64,000 bases of DNA from Squalus acanthias (taxonomy: Eukaryota), in the NCBI GenBank assembly GCA_030390025.1, contig CM059431.1, forward strand, positions 111,664,001 to 111,728,000, given 5' to 3'. Positions 1-11,625 of the stretch are shown one piece after another. Made by a program: the position numbers and the translations under genes. A model generated the notes under the pieces. That model did not search any database. It was not told the origin of the DNA and saw only the letters and a program-made list of their open reading frames with translations. How positions within the stretch are numbered: position 1 is the first letter of the stretch; each line of letters starts with the position of its first letter.

Positions 1-232
1 TTTGGTGTCGTCCACAAATTTAAAAATTGTGTTTTTGATTCCAAATTCTAAATTGTTAATATAAATTGTGAACAACAGTGGTCACAGCACTGATACTTGT
101 AGGACCCCACTTCCCACCTTCTGCTACTCTGAATAGCTACCCTAACCCCTACTCTCTGCTTTCTATCTTGCAGCCAGCTAGCTATCCATTCTGCTACTTG
201 TCCCCTGACTCCACATGGTCCAACCTTATTCA
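1..232 (-). mobile_element. CR1 LINE reverse-transcriptase fragment
   Basis: Minus-strand translation contains GVRGQVAEWIASWLQDRKQRVGV, typical of CR1 RT just upstream of the SGVPQGS motif. Confidence 0.8.
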
Positions 233-590
233 TTAGTCTGTTTGTGGGAGAGAATGGAGTTTGTGGCAGAGACTGAAGACAATGGCTTTGGTCTTCCCAA
301 TATTTTTTTTTTTAAATCGGGAAGAAATTTCTGTTCGTCCAGCACTGGATGTCAGACAAGCAGTGTGGAAAATCAGAGGAAGTGGAGGGGTCAAGAGAAG
401 TGATGGTGAGGTAGAGCTGGGTGTCGTCAGGGTACATGTGGAACCTGACGTTGTGTTTTCGGATGATGTCGCTGAGGGGCAGCATGTAGATGAGAAATAG
501 AAGGGGACCCAAGGATAGATGCTTGGGGAACTGCAGAGGTAAAGGTGTGGGAGCAGGAAGAGAAGCCATTGCAGGAGATTCTCTTTTGAT
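233..590 (-). mobile_element. L2 LINE RT fragment
   Basis: Minus ORF has [35 protein letters not shown] (YADD-like). The sequence matches other L2 copies in the window, e.g. 25680-25930. Confidence 0.85.
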
Positions 591-785
591 GTTTAAAAAA
601 TTAGAGAGTGCTTCGGAAGACACTTAAAGTATGAAGTTGACATGTTTCAATCTAATTCAACACGTCGAAAGTTCAGTAAAATTAAAAGAACTAAGCTTGT
701 ATAGCTCGTATATGATAGAAGCAATAAAAAAAAGGTTCAGTACTTAGTGGGTTAATGTGGCAAGATAGGCAGCTAGCATTAAAAC

Positions 786-975
786 ATGATGCGGAGATGC
801 CGGTGTTGGACTGGGGTGGACAAAAGTGAGAAGTCGCACAACACCAGGTTATAGTCCAACAGCTTTATTTGAAATCACAAGCTTTCGGAGCGCTGCTCCT
901 TCGTCAGGTGAAGTGACCTGACGAAGGAGCAGCGCTCCGAAAGCTTGTGATTTCAAATAAAGCTGTTGGACTATA
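786..975. mobile_element. Short Penelope-like element forming a perfect palindrome
   Basis: 60-bp arms 850-909 and 916-975 are exact reverse complements around a 6-nt loop. A 12-bp direct repeat TAGCATTAAAAC flanks it (774-785, 974-985). It contains the CTGACGA...GAAA motif typical of Penelope pLTRs. Confidence 0.75.
875..911 (-). ncRNA. Putative minimal type I hammerhead ribozyme (Penelope-associated)
   Basis: Minus strand reads UCAC-CUGACGA-A-GGAGC-agc-GCUCC-GAAA-GCUU-GUGA: conserved core, stem II, palindromic stem III (AGCU) and stem I UCAC/GUGA. Confidence 0.6.
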
Positions 976-1745
976 GCATTAAAACTTTATAGCTTTATAA
1001 GAACAAAGATAGCAATCTGACGTCCCACTGTTTTCATAGTCATCTCATCAGGTTTATCACTGTTGTAACCTGTGGTGACATCAAGGCCAGTCTTTTATCA
1101 GAAGTAACTGAGACCCAAAACTCCCCAGAGTTAGCAAAGACTGGAAAATTAAGAGACTGAACCGATGAACGTTCCAAGCACGTGGCCTTCATTCAGAGGC
1201 AATCAGGCCGCATTATATGGACAGGCTTTCACTGAATCCCCGCCACCTTTCAGCTTCAAGCCAATTACGTTCCAGTTTAAGATGAAGATCACATGTGCCT
1301 ATCCATTCTTTCAACTGAAAGCCAATTTAAAGTATAGCTGAACTTGCTGCTAGGTTTCAGGATGTAACTAGATAGCGTTTAGAATAGTGCTAGTGTGCTG
1401 AGCTAGGCAGTTTTTCCTGATGGCTAGGATGTTTTTTTGTGCTTGGTGTTAGAGCTGCAGCAGCAATAAAGCATTGATTTTTGTGTTCTATTCTTTACTT
1501 GGTACGTCGAGCCATTTGATGAATTTATATTACATTTTCATCCAAAAATTTACATTATGTGATTTTTTTTTTGTGTCAGCCCTAGACAGTGGAACAGATT
1601 TAAGGAATCATTCTTTTGACTTTGACTCCCAGTGGAAGGCTCGGCCATTCCACAGAGCATAACAGAATTTTAATGCACAGCAGAATTTTCTGAACATTTA
1701 AATTAATAATGGGAAAATCATAGGCAGCCTGAAATTCTGCTGCAG

Positions 1746-2179
1746 AAAGAAAGAACTTGTGCCTTTCACAACCTCAGGACGCACCAAAGCGCTTTACAAC
1801 CACATCAGTACTTTTGAAGTGTAGTCACTGTTGTCATGAAGGAAACACGGCATTTGCGCACAGCAAGGTCCCACAAACAGCAATGAGATTAATGACCAGG
1901 CAATCTGTTTTTTAGTGAAGTTGGTTGAGGGATAAATATTGGCCCAGACACTCCCTGCTCTTCTTCGAAATAGTCCCATGGAAACTTTTACGTCCACCTG
2001 AGGGCAGACAAGGCCTCAGTTTAACATCTCATCTGAAAGACGGCATCTCTAACAGTGCAGCACTCCCTCAGCACAGTGTCAGCCTAGATTACGTGCTCAA
2101 GTCCCTGGAGTGGGACTTGAACCCACAACCTTCTGACTTCAGAAGTGAGTGTGCTACCTACTGAGCCACGGCTGAGACC
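1746..2179 (-). mobile_element. SacSINE1-like DeuSINE (tRNA-derived SINE)
   Basis: Reverse complement begins with a tRNA-like head (GTGGCTCAGTAGGTAGCAC...GGTTCAAGTCCC). It is colinear with the plus copy at 16744-17198. Confidence 0.75.
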
Positions 2180-2388
2180 AATGAACTGCTGGTGAGGAAA
2201 CATCGCTGTGGGGAGCATAAAGTCAGAAAATTAGCAGTTAGTCTTTAATGACTTTTCAAAATCCATTCTCCAATCCGAGATACAAACTGCAGTTTTCAAT
2301 AGGCTATATTATCTAACTGACCGGCGTATCTTTTTAAGTCTCCCATTTTCAACAGGATCCTGATTTTGACCATCTGCTCACTGCTGGT

Positions 2389-2870
2389 GGAGGAGATTTC
2401 TCACTGTGGATTAGTTGTGCCACAGCGTGTGTCTGAGGTCATTGACAGGTTCCCCGGCCGGAAGTCAGCCTGATTGACAGGCTTGGCTTCTAGCCAGGTG
2501 GGGAGCACTCTGGAGGAGGCCGCGGGACCAGGTAGGACCGATCCCTGACCCCGGGGGGTTCCGATCCCAAGGGGAGTAGTGGGTTTGGTGGGGCTGATGG
2601 TGGGGGAGCTTGGTGAACCAGGAGTAAGCCCTTCTGCTCCTCCTGGCCCACAAGGATTGCTGCCGAGGCCCGGGAACCCCGGCCAGCCACAGTAAAACCA
2701 CAAAGCAGGTTAAATCCCAGGCTTCCAGCCTCATTATCATATTTAAAGTGCCAACCCTCCGCCCGGAAGTCAGCGGGTTGGAGCCGGCTTCCCGACATGC
2801 TTCCAGTTTTTCCCCATTTAACCCTCCACCCACAGCCACTCCCACCCGCTCACCCATATTAAAATCCCCC
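2389..2870. mobile_element. GC-rich non-autonomous DNA element, probably Harbinger-type
   Basis: GC-rich island ending TTAAAATCCCCC, similar to the ends of the Harbinger MITEs in this window. The left end is degenerate. Confidence 0.45.
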
Positions 2871-2995
2871 CCCCCCCCTTCTATTCCAGTGATCCCAAAC
2901 ATTCCCATCAAAATACAACACATAGAAGATTGCCAGGACATTGCACACTATCAGGAAACTGAACTACCAGACGGCAGTACATTAATCTGAACACA

Positions 2996-3045
2996 ATTTG
3001 CCACCAAGTTAAAGTATTCCATTTGCCACCAAGTTAAAGTATTCC
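2996..3045. repeat. Perfect 25-bp tandem duplication
   Basis: ATTTGCCACCAAGTTAAAGTATTCC occurs twice head-to-tail. Confidence 0.95.
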
Positions 3046-3759
3046 ACCATACTATAGCCCATTGCCAAGATATCGCACACTATCAAGAGAAGGTACAACA
3101 TCAGGGCATAGTAAACATCTGGAATCACACAGGGTGCTAAAATATAACACATTACCAAAATCATTACAAAAGGCTTTCTCAGTAGATAATTAGTTAAACC
3201 ACACGTCAAGGTAATATCTTCATCACAAGGTTCTGTAATAAAAATCTGAACGGTGCTTAAAATGGGAACTTTAATAATCAGTGCCACATAAAGAAACAAT
3301 GACCCCTTTTAGGAGTATCTGGATTTTATCTACAGCAACTTAAACGTAATCTTCTGTTATCTATTTTGGATGATTAGATTGTCTGTTACCACTATATTGA
3401 TACAGAACAGCTTTTGCATTCAAACCAATTCTTTTGCTAAAATTATCGACAGGAGGAATTTCATCCTGCGAGAGTCACTTACAAATGAGTAAAGTCACCG
3501 ATTTTCCATTTTCAAGGGAAAAGGGAAATGGAAAGATCGGGTGCAAGTCGTGGCTCATGTTGCAACCAACGAGTGGGGAAGGATAGGATTCCGGTCTTGA
3601 AAAGGGAGTTCGGACAGATTAAAAATCGGGAACTCACAATTAGCAATCTCAGAACACCAACAGTGCCCTCCACCAACCAGACAAGGGGATTAGGGAGGTA
3701 AATTTTCTACATTGGAAATTTGAAGCGATAGGTTTTTAAAGCAAGAATATGGAATGGTA

Positions 3760-4410
3760 ATATGGCTTAAAAGATGTTAAATGGAGAAATGGAGCAGGTC
3801 ATTAAGGGTCGCAACAAAGGTAGATAAAGCCACAAAAAAAATCTTTTGTTTTGTATCGAAAGGCACAGAATACAAAAACAAGGAGATAATATTGAACTTG
3901 TACCAGACTTTAGTTAGACCTAGTTAGAGTACTATGCACCCATTATAGGAAGGATATAAAAGGTGCAGCATAAATACACTGGAATGATACCAGGGATGAA
4001 GCAATGTGATAACAGACTTGAGAAATTAGGGCGATTCTCACTAGAACTGAAAAGGTTAAGGGTTGACCTGATAGAGGTCGTCAAGATTATAAAGGGTTAT
4101 AATAAAAGGTACGCAGTTATAGATTGTATCCAATGGCCAGTGAGACAGTAACAGGAATATACAAATTTATTACAAAAAGAATTAAAGAGGAGGTTAGAAT
4201 GTGGAATTCCGTGCCACAAACTGTTGTTGAAGAGGAGTCCATGAATTATATTAAGAAAGAAGTTAGCTGGTTCCTTGAAAAGAGGTCTAATAAGAGTATG
4301 AGGAGGAAGCAGAAGAGTGGGATTAGACCCAGTGGCTCACATGGAGAGGAGCACCACTGCAGAATTGATGGGCCGAACGGCCTGTATCGTCCTGTGACAT
4401 TCTATTGTTC
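3760..4410 (+). mobile_element. Old CR1 LINE 3' fragment
   Basis: LEKLGRFSLELKRLRVDLIEVVKIIKGY and RMWNSVPQTVVE, followed by a degenerate CR1 3' end (GATGGGCCGAACGGCCT). Confidence 0.8.
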
Positions 4411-5034
4411 TACGAATACACAATGGGCAACAGCTTGGGTAATGACCCGAGATGAAAGGAAACAAATTGTTTCACGTAGATGTAAGGAGTTTGAGAAGTG
4501 TGTGCTATAATACAGGCCCTATATTGGAGGGCAGGAATATTTCTAATTGACTTGATTTGATCAGAAACAGCCCACGTGCATAAAGCCACAGACTGCAAAC
4601 ACACATTTCCAAATAAAAAGTGGCCGCGTGCCAGCACCAATCTCCACTGAGTGTGTCTGAGACATATGAGCAACTAATGTGCAAGCACAGCTTTATAAAC
4701 AAACCCCTGCTAAACATTCCAAACCGTAAGATTCATACAAGGACAAACCTGTTCAGCTGTTGCTTTATGGCCCCTGGTTACTGACTGGTACGGGCAAGTA
4801 TTTTACACGGTACAGAACAGACTGTTCTGGTACAAGAGTTCAGTGAAATTTAGCACGAGCTCTGGCATTTAGAGGGTATTTTATTTGTGTGATGTTCAAC
4901 ATTCACTGTCCTAAGGAGGAACAGGAAGAGGTTAAGATAGTTTGATATTTTATAATATTCCAAACTATTTTTTGCAGCCAAAAAAAAAAATCGGCATTAG
5001 ATAATGGAATACATTTTTTCCATATTGGACAACA

Positions 5035-5395
5035 TCGAGCACTTCTAGGTCAGGTACACCAGCACAGGCCAGGTGCAGGCTAAAGCTCTCTCTACAACAC
5101 AACAATGTGTCTTCACATCAATCCCAGTGTAGCACCCTCTGCTGAACCAGTGTAAATGTTTTCCACTTCCTACGCCAGCCATCTTTATAGCCTCATTAAG
5201 TGAGGTTGTCCATTTCGTGCCAATTTAGGCTGAATTGTGGGAAACTCTGTAGGGTGGCATGCACCCATTAGAACATGGGCCAAGACTACCCAAACTCATT
5301 CCACTGGACAAAGAGAGGAGACTTTCCTCCCATCAGCTTCAAATGGCTGGTTTCAAATGCAGATCCCTCAGGATAAAGAGTGCCTAATTAATTCA
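5035..5395 (-). mobile_element. Ancient LF-SINE-like element
   Basis: The reverse complement has blocks resembling the recalled LF-SINE consensus (GAATGAGTTTGGGTAGTC, CACAATT..AAATTGGCAC, GACACATTG..AGCTT..GTACCTG). Related pieces lie at about 30000, 47860 and 60455. Confidence 0.45.
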
Positions 5396-5426
5396 CTGTA
5401 AAAAAAAAAATTTTTGGACACTTTGA

Positions 5427-6077
5427 GGGGGAAAAATTGGATTGCTTTGCGCCTCCGGTTAGCACTTGGGTGCGGCGCCGCTAACGCCTCCCGCAAAATT
5501 CAGCGGGAGGTTAGCGGCGGTGGTAGCGCCCCGCGCGCGGCACTGCGCCTCTGGCAATGACGTCATCGCCGTGGCCCCTGACCTACCACCGGCCGTTATG
5601 TCCGACAGGGTCAGGGTGGTGTTTTTGCGGCTGGGGCAGCACAAATTGAAGAGCAGATGCCAAGCGGCCATTTTTTTGGGGGCCGCCTGCCAGCACCTGT
5701 CCCCTTTGGCTTCCTCCTGCAGGACGCCGGCCGCGATCGGTCAGCTCGACACTCCTCTTGAGTGCCGGGCTCTTTTGCTGGCACCCCGCTCCCCGGTGGT
5801 CCAGCAGGGCCCCGGTGTGCGCAGCGCTAGGCCCCTCCCCTTTAATGAAGGGAGGGAGGCCTGTAGTACCGTGGCGCTACGTGCTGACATGCGTGGCGCT
5901 GTTGCACGTAGCGCCGCGATATTGAATGGTAGCGCCCCAGGAAGGAGGGGGAGCGCTTCCAGTAGCACCCTGCCTCCTGATTGGGGCGTTACCACTCAAT
6001 TTACGGCGCAGGGGTGCTACTTTTAGCGCCCCGGTGAAGTTAGCGCCCCAAAGAGGGCACGATCGAATTTTTCCCCC
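5427..6077 (+). mobile_element. Harbinger-type MITE family A, copy 1
   Basis: TIR GGGGGAAAAATT / AATTTTTCCCCC with 3-bp flanks TGA/TAA. GC/CpG-rich body shared with 14991, 33099 and 53996. Confidence 0.85.
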
Positions 6078-6212
6078 TAAGGGAATCAAAGGATAAGGGG
6101 ATAGTGTGGAAAGGTGGAGTTGATGTAGAAGATCAGCCATGTTCTTATTGAATGGCGGAGCAGGCTCGAGGGGCCGTATGGCCGACTCCTGCTCCTAATT
6201 CTTATGTTCTTA
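6078..6212 (+). mobile_element. CR1 3' end
   Basis: GATCAGCCATG...GGAGCAGGCTCGAGGGGCCG...CTCCTGCTCCTAATTCTTATGTTCTTA tail. Confidence 0.85.
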
Positions 6213-6424
6213 ATGTGATTTTCATACATATTCTGGCCTTCTAGAAGCAAGTTGTCAGAATCAACCTCTTCAAAAATAACATAATGAAAGCAACAGTGAT
6301 AGACTGAGTGGACACTGATGAACATTCTGTTTGTTCAAATTAGGATATTTAGGCTTGCAAAACAAAATATTTTCAATAACCCCAATGCACATCACTCAAA
6401 AGCACAGCACCTCAAACAAAATTC

Positions 6425-6560
6425 AGAACATAAGAATTAGGAGCAGGAGTAGGCCATAGGGCCCCTCGAGCCTGCTGCTCCATTCAATAAGATCATGGCT
6501 GATCTTTGACCTCAACTCCACTTTCCCGCCCAATCCCCATATCCCTTGATTCCCCTGGCG
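6425..6560 (-). mobile_element. CR1 3' end
   Basis: Reverse complement of the same CR1 tail (AGAACATAAGAATTAGGAGCAGGAGTAGGCCAT). Confidence 0.85.
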
Positions 6561-7736
6561 TTCAAACCTTTCTTTCCATATACTTCATCCTGTTCATGAT
6601 AGTGTAAGATGAAGGAGCTAAATTTCCTCAGGTGTAAGAATAAAACGGTTTTAATTTCTTCACACGGCCCTGTCACTCGGCACAGGCTCTAGGTTATGCT
6701 GGTAGGGTTAGATGAAGAGGGGTGGGAGGAGGCTCTTGTGGAGCATAAACACCAGCATGTTGGGCTGAATGGCCTGTTTCTGTGCTGTATATTCTATGTA
6801 ATTCGACGTAAAAAAGGGCTAATTGTTTACCATCAGTACCCGTTAAATTTTCTCTCTCTGGGCTGGTGATGGAAGCACTACAGCAGTGACAAAAACAAGA
6901 GGAACATGCTATTATTATAGACACCCCACCATTTAACAATACCCTCTCTCTATCCTGAGCTCTGGTCAAAATTATCCCACACAAACCAGAAATACTTCAA
7001 CAAAGCAACACAGCTTGAATATTTTAATAGTGAACAAAAGCTATGCTAAACTCTGGAAAATTGACTCCTGTCCTGACGTTAATGCATCAAAATTAGCGAA
7101 AAAATAATTTACAGGAAAAATTATTCAAGGACTCCTCTAGATACTCCTGTACTCACATAACCAGTGGAGCAACATTCATGCACACATTACTGCAACAGAA
7201 TTCTACTTCAGCTTTAACAACCTCATGTTCAAGGCAAAAGTGCCATTTTAATTCAGACACAGTGTACCTTCATGGAAAACTATCACAAAAATAAACCGAA
7301 AATACATTATCAGTGACAGCTGTAAGATCACAGGTTGCTAAGTAACAAAAATAATCTCTTGTTCTACATTTCTGACAACGAGACTGCTTGCGGAGATGGA
7401 GTGCAGTCATTTTTGATGCAGCACTTCTTCCCCTCAGGGTTCTAGTTATCTGTAAGAGAAGGGCCATATATTTACACTCCAAATTAATGTCCAGCTGCCT
7501 CCTGACTAAGCCTCCTCCCTCTCCCATACATGGCAGCATGCCTTAATGCGGCTGATACATTTTGGCAGAAGGTTAAGTTTCCCTGGAACTGTTTCAAAAA
7601 AGGAGCAAAATAAAATAGCAAAATAGAGATGTCTGGTAATTTACAGAGAAGCAGCCCAATGCAATTACCACACACTATATAAGTACATCATTTTTGTGTA
7701 AGGATAAATTCCTCCCTTTGTATTTATGCATATCAA

Positions 7737-8182
7737 AAAAGACGTACATTTCTATAGCGCTTTTCATGACCCCAGGATGTCCCAAAGTGCTTTACAGCCA
7801 ATGAAGTACTTTTGAAGTGGAGTCACCATTGTAATGTAGGAAATACAGCAGCCAATTTGCACACAGCAAGCTCCCATAAAGAGCAATGTGATACTGACCA
7901 GATAATCTGTTTCAGTGATGTTGATGAAATATTGGGGACTAACTCCCCTGCTCTTCTTCGAAATAGTGCCACAGGATCTTTTACGTCCACCTGAGAGAGC
8001 AGACGGGGCCCTCGGTTTAAAGTCTCATCCGAAAAACAGCACCTCCGACAGTGCAGCACTCCCTCAGCACTGCACTGGAGTATCAGCCTGGATTTTTGTG
8101 CTCAAGTCTCTTGGAGTGGGATTTGAACCCACAACCTTCTGACTCAGAAGCAAGTGTGCTACCCACTGAGCCACAGCTGACA
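7737..8182 (-). mobile_element. SacSINE1-like DeuSINE
   Basis: Near full-length reverse-complement match to the 16744-17198 copy, including the tRNA-like head and L2-like tail. Confidence 0.8.
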
Positions 8183-10289
8183 CTGTGGCTTATCAATGTT
8201 CTTTGCCCACTCATGAGAAGGATTTTGTTTTAATTTTTTAGGGGGGGAGTGCAGTGACTTTTTGTGCTCAGCATAAGCAATGTCAGTGCTGGGAAGGGAC
8301 TACTCTCTCCCACTTTGGCACTCAGTCCCAGCACCAATTGCTGCCAAGACGGACACAGTGCAGGTCAGATACCGAGTGAAGATGCTTGCACCCAGCCAAC
8401 TGTATAACTTGTCCAAGTGAGGCTGATAAATAGGTGTTTTTTGGGTGTAACTTGATGCTGCACTTTGCCCATTGGAATCTGGGTTCAGCCACGTTGCAAA
8501 GGGAACAATATAAATATTGCAAGATGCAGGCAGACAAAGGATCCAGGGACCTTTCCAAAGAAATAAATGAGCTGCTTGTGTCCAAGTACTGTCCCCCTTG
8601 CCCAACAGGCACAAAACCAAGCCAATCATTCAATGTTGTAAACCTGGAAGCAGATCCTATAAATGTGTTGAACCAAAAACTGAACATGCTGGAAACACAA
8701 AGGAGGTCAGTCAGCATCTGTGGAGAGAACTAAATGTTAACATTCATCCCGTTTTTTGTTTCAGACTTTCTGGAATCTGTGGTATTTCGATTTTTATTTA
8801 CAAATGTGCTTGCATGTTTTTAAAAGCAGAGGTCATCATTTTTTTTTCCAAGAGTATTTGGTTATTTATTTCAACAAACACAAGTTTCCCATCTGAACCA
8901 ATGATTTCTGCTTTTTGTTTAGCTAGCCACTGGAGCCGGGTGACGTTCTGAGCAGTGGCCTCGTTTTAGAAGGAAGCACTCGCCAAGCTTTAATTCTCTT
9001 GCTCCGTTCTGTGTAACGGAGACAAATCAGCACATTCTTGCTGGAGTGACACTGTGCTGCTCAAACAACAATAAAATGGGGGCAAACTTTCAATTTCAGT
9101 GCTGCCTACTGTACATATTGACTTTATGGCCAAAAGAAACACACACACACACACCCAAGCCACATAGAAATGTGTGCCTAGTGCACCTCGGTCTCGAAAG
9201 ATTACACAGCAAGTAAAAAATAAATTTATGTTGACTCCTGGAGCAAGTCTTTCAGCATAAATTGATCAAAGTATCATTTACAACGGTTATATTTCAGCTG
9301 CAAGAGAGGCCAATCTAATTCCTTTCAAATCCACATCAAAATTTATCAACACTGATCTATTATGCAGCATGTTATATATCACCACATGTAGTCAGGGAGG
9401 CAAGTGGCCCATGAACAGGCTGTTTTTTATCCAGCAGAACCTACGCACCTACAGGCTAATAACAAAGCTATCAAAAGCCTTATCTTCCTGCCAGTTCAGC
9501 AATAAAGAGGGCAGGTAGACGCCATGAACCAAGTAAAGATATCGTTCATCAACAAATCGACAGCTGATTGGCTAACTCAAGGTGAATGCTGAAGATTAGA
9601 TTGTAGCCACAGGTGTTAAATTCTTATTTATATTACTCCTCTTGAAAAGAACATTCAACTTTCCCCCCTCACATCGTGCACCATTCCCTAACCAAAAGGC
9701 AGGCAGGCTGCCAGTTCCCAAGTATCCCACGGGATCATTCTGATCTTAAGTCTCCGACTGCACTTTTCAAAGTGGAGCAGTGAGTCCAAGTTCACATTCT
9801 TTCCTCAACCCATGTCCAAATAAACAGATTAACAGATCATTCATCTCATTCGTGTCCACAAGATCTTCTTGTGCCTAAAATGGCTGCCGTGCTGGTCTAG
9901 GCAACCCATTGTCCGTGAAGCACTTTCGAGATGTTTCTGTGAGGCATGACTGTGAATGGGTGGAAAGTCTAGGTGCTATAATGAATGCAAGTTTTTCAGG
10001 CACTCCTGAATTAGCCTGTGAGGTATCGGAGTGCAACCCAAGTTCACTAGCTCTTCGATTCTCTCCTGCGAGAATGGACCTTGACTTAACATTATATTTT
10101 GTTGGGATGATCCCCGCTGAGATCAGGAACTTGAAGTGCGGGGAAATGGTGTTACCAACTCGAGCAGTGCTGAAACCAACATGGAACTTAGAGAAGCAAA
10201 ATACTGCGGATGCTTGAAAATCTGAAATAAAAACAGAAAATGCTGGAAATACTCAGCAGGTCAGGCAGCATCTGTGGAGAGAGAAACAG

Positions 10290-10326
10290 AGTTAACGTTT
10301 CAGGTCAATGACCCTTCATCAGAACT
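10290..10326 (-). ncRNA. Putative minimal type I hammerhead ribozyme (Penelope-associated)
   Basis: Minus strand reads AGUU-CUGAUGA-A-GGGUC-auu-GACCU-GAAA-CGUU-AACU: core, stem II, palindromic stem III (ACGU) and stem I AGUU/AACU. Confidence 0.6.
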
Positions 10327-10442
10327 GGAAAAAGCTGGAGATGGAACAGGTTTTTAAGCAAGTGTAGGGGCAGGGAAAGGGGGGAGGGGAGGAAAGAACA
10401 AAAGGGAAGGTCTGAGAGAGGATGGAAGGCAGGAGAGATTAA

Positions 10443-10888
10443 GGGCTGGATTTTCATTGACCCGTGGAGGCGGGTTTGGAGGCGTGTGGGGGGTTAAAAT
10501 TGCGAAAACTGGCGGGCGGGCACAAGTCCGCCTCCATCCCACCTCCACGCAATTTTCATTAAATCGTGTCTGCTGGTCCCGACTCCGTCCCGCCTTTAAG
10601 AGACGGGATAGGCTGTTAAGGCCCTTAACAAGCACTAAATTGGCTCTATAATGCCATTTTGAAAGGCCTTTGTGATTTTAATCCTTGATCTACGTGAAGC
10701 AGGCCTGTTCTGAACCACGATTGTGAAACCTGGCGGGAGCACATTTGGATAGCTGACTATCAGCTGCAGGTCCACTATTACAACGGAGATGTGATGAAGG
10801 TAGTAGTATAAGGTCTGAAAGTCGCCTCTGATGCTGCTGCATTGAAGGTCTTCACAGACTGCCTGGCCTTTGCTGTGAGAGGACCAAA

Positions 10889-10926
<38 letters not shown>

Positions 10927-11194
10927 CTTAGAGCTACTGTTCATTTTCCATCCAGGTCCTCTCACAGCAAAAGCCAGGCAGTCTCTGACCTGCAATGCAG
11001 CAGCAATGATGACATCATCAGAGGCGACTTTCAGACTGAAACCACTAATTGGTTCATGGGTTCCCACATGCTGGAACTCAATTGACAAATTAAGTGAAAA
11101 TTGCATCAATCTCCCACATCCAATTGCAGGCGGGTGGATAACACGAAATGCGGATGACACGACCCCAACCCGCCCCAGTATCAAAATCCAGCCC
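10443..11194 (+). mobile_element. Harbinger-type MITE family B, copy 1
   Basis: TIR GGGCTGGATTTT / AAAATCCAGCCC, TSD TAA/TAA, internal (CT)n. Confidence 0.9.
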
Positions 11195-11316
11195 TAAGAG
11201 ACAAAAGGGACGATGGTGCAAGGCAAAAGGAGATGGTAATGGGACAAGTTAAGAAACAAAAGATGGCTCTAGATGAAGTGTAAATGGCAATGGCAGAATG
11301 AACAAAGCAGAATGAA

Positions 11317-11625
11317 GGGCAACACGGTGGCATAGTGGTTAGCACTGTTGCCTCACAGCGCCAGGGACCCGGGTTCGAATCCGGCCTCGGGTGACTGTCT
11401 GTGGAGTTTGCACATTCTCCCTGTGTCTGCGTGGGTTTCCTCTGGGTGCTCCGGTTTCCTCCCACAGTCCAAAGATGTGCGGGTTAGGTTGATTTGGCTA
11501 TGATAAATTGACCCTTAGTGTTAGGGGGGATTAAATACGTGGGGTTATGGGGATAGGGTGGGATATGTGTCAGTGCAGGCTCGATGGGCCGAAATGGCCT
11601 CTATCTGCACTGTGGGGATTCTGTG
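11317..11625 (+). mobile_element. HE1-type V-SINE
   Basis: tRNA-like head GGTGGCATAGTGGTTAGCAC...GGTTCGAATCC, V-domain GTGGAGTTTGCACATTCTCC...GTGCTCCGGTTTCCTCCCACAGTCCAAAGA and a CR1-like tail. Confidence 0.85.

Noticed and set aside
5427..6077. CpG-island promoter (also 14991 and 33099)
   Set aside because: The GC/CpG richness is confined within MITE termini and repeated across copies.
11317..11395. tRNA genes (also 16750, 29340, 57035)
   Set aside because: These are tRNA-derived SINE heads that run into SINE bodies and do not form full cloverleaves.
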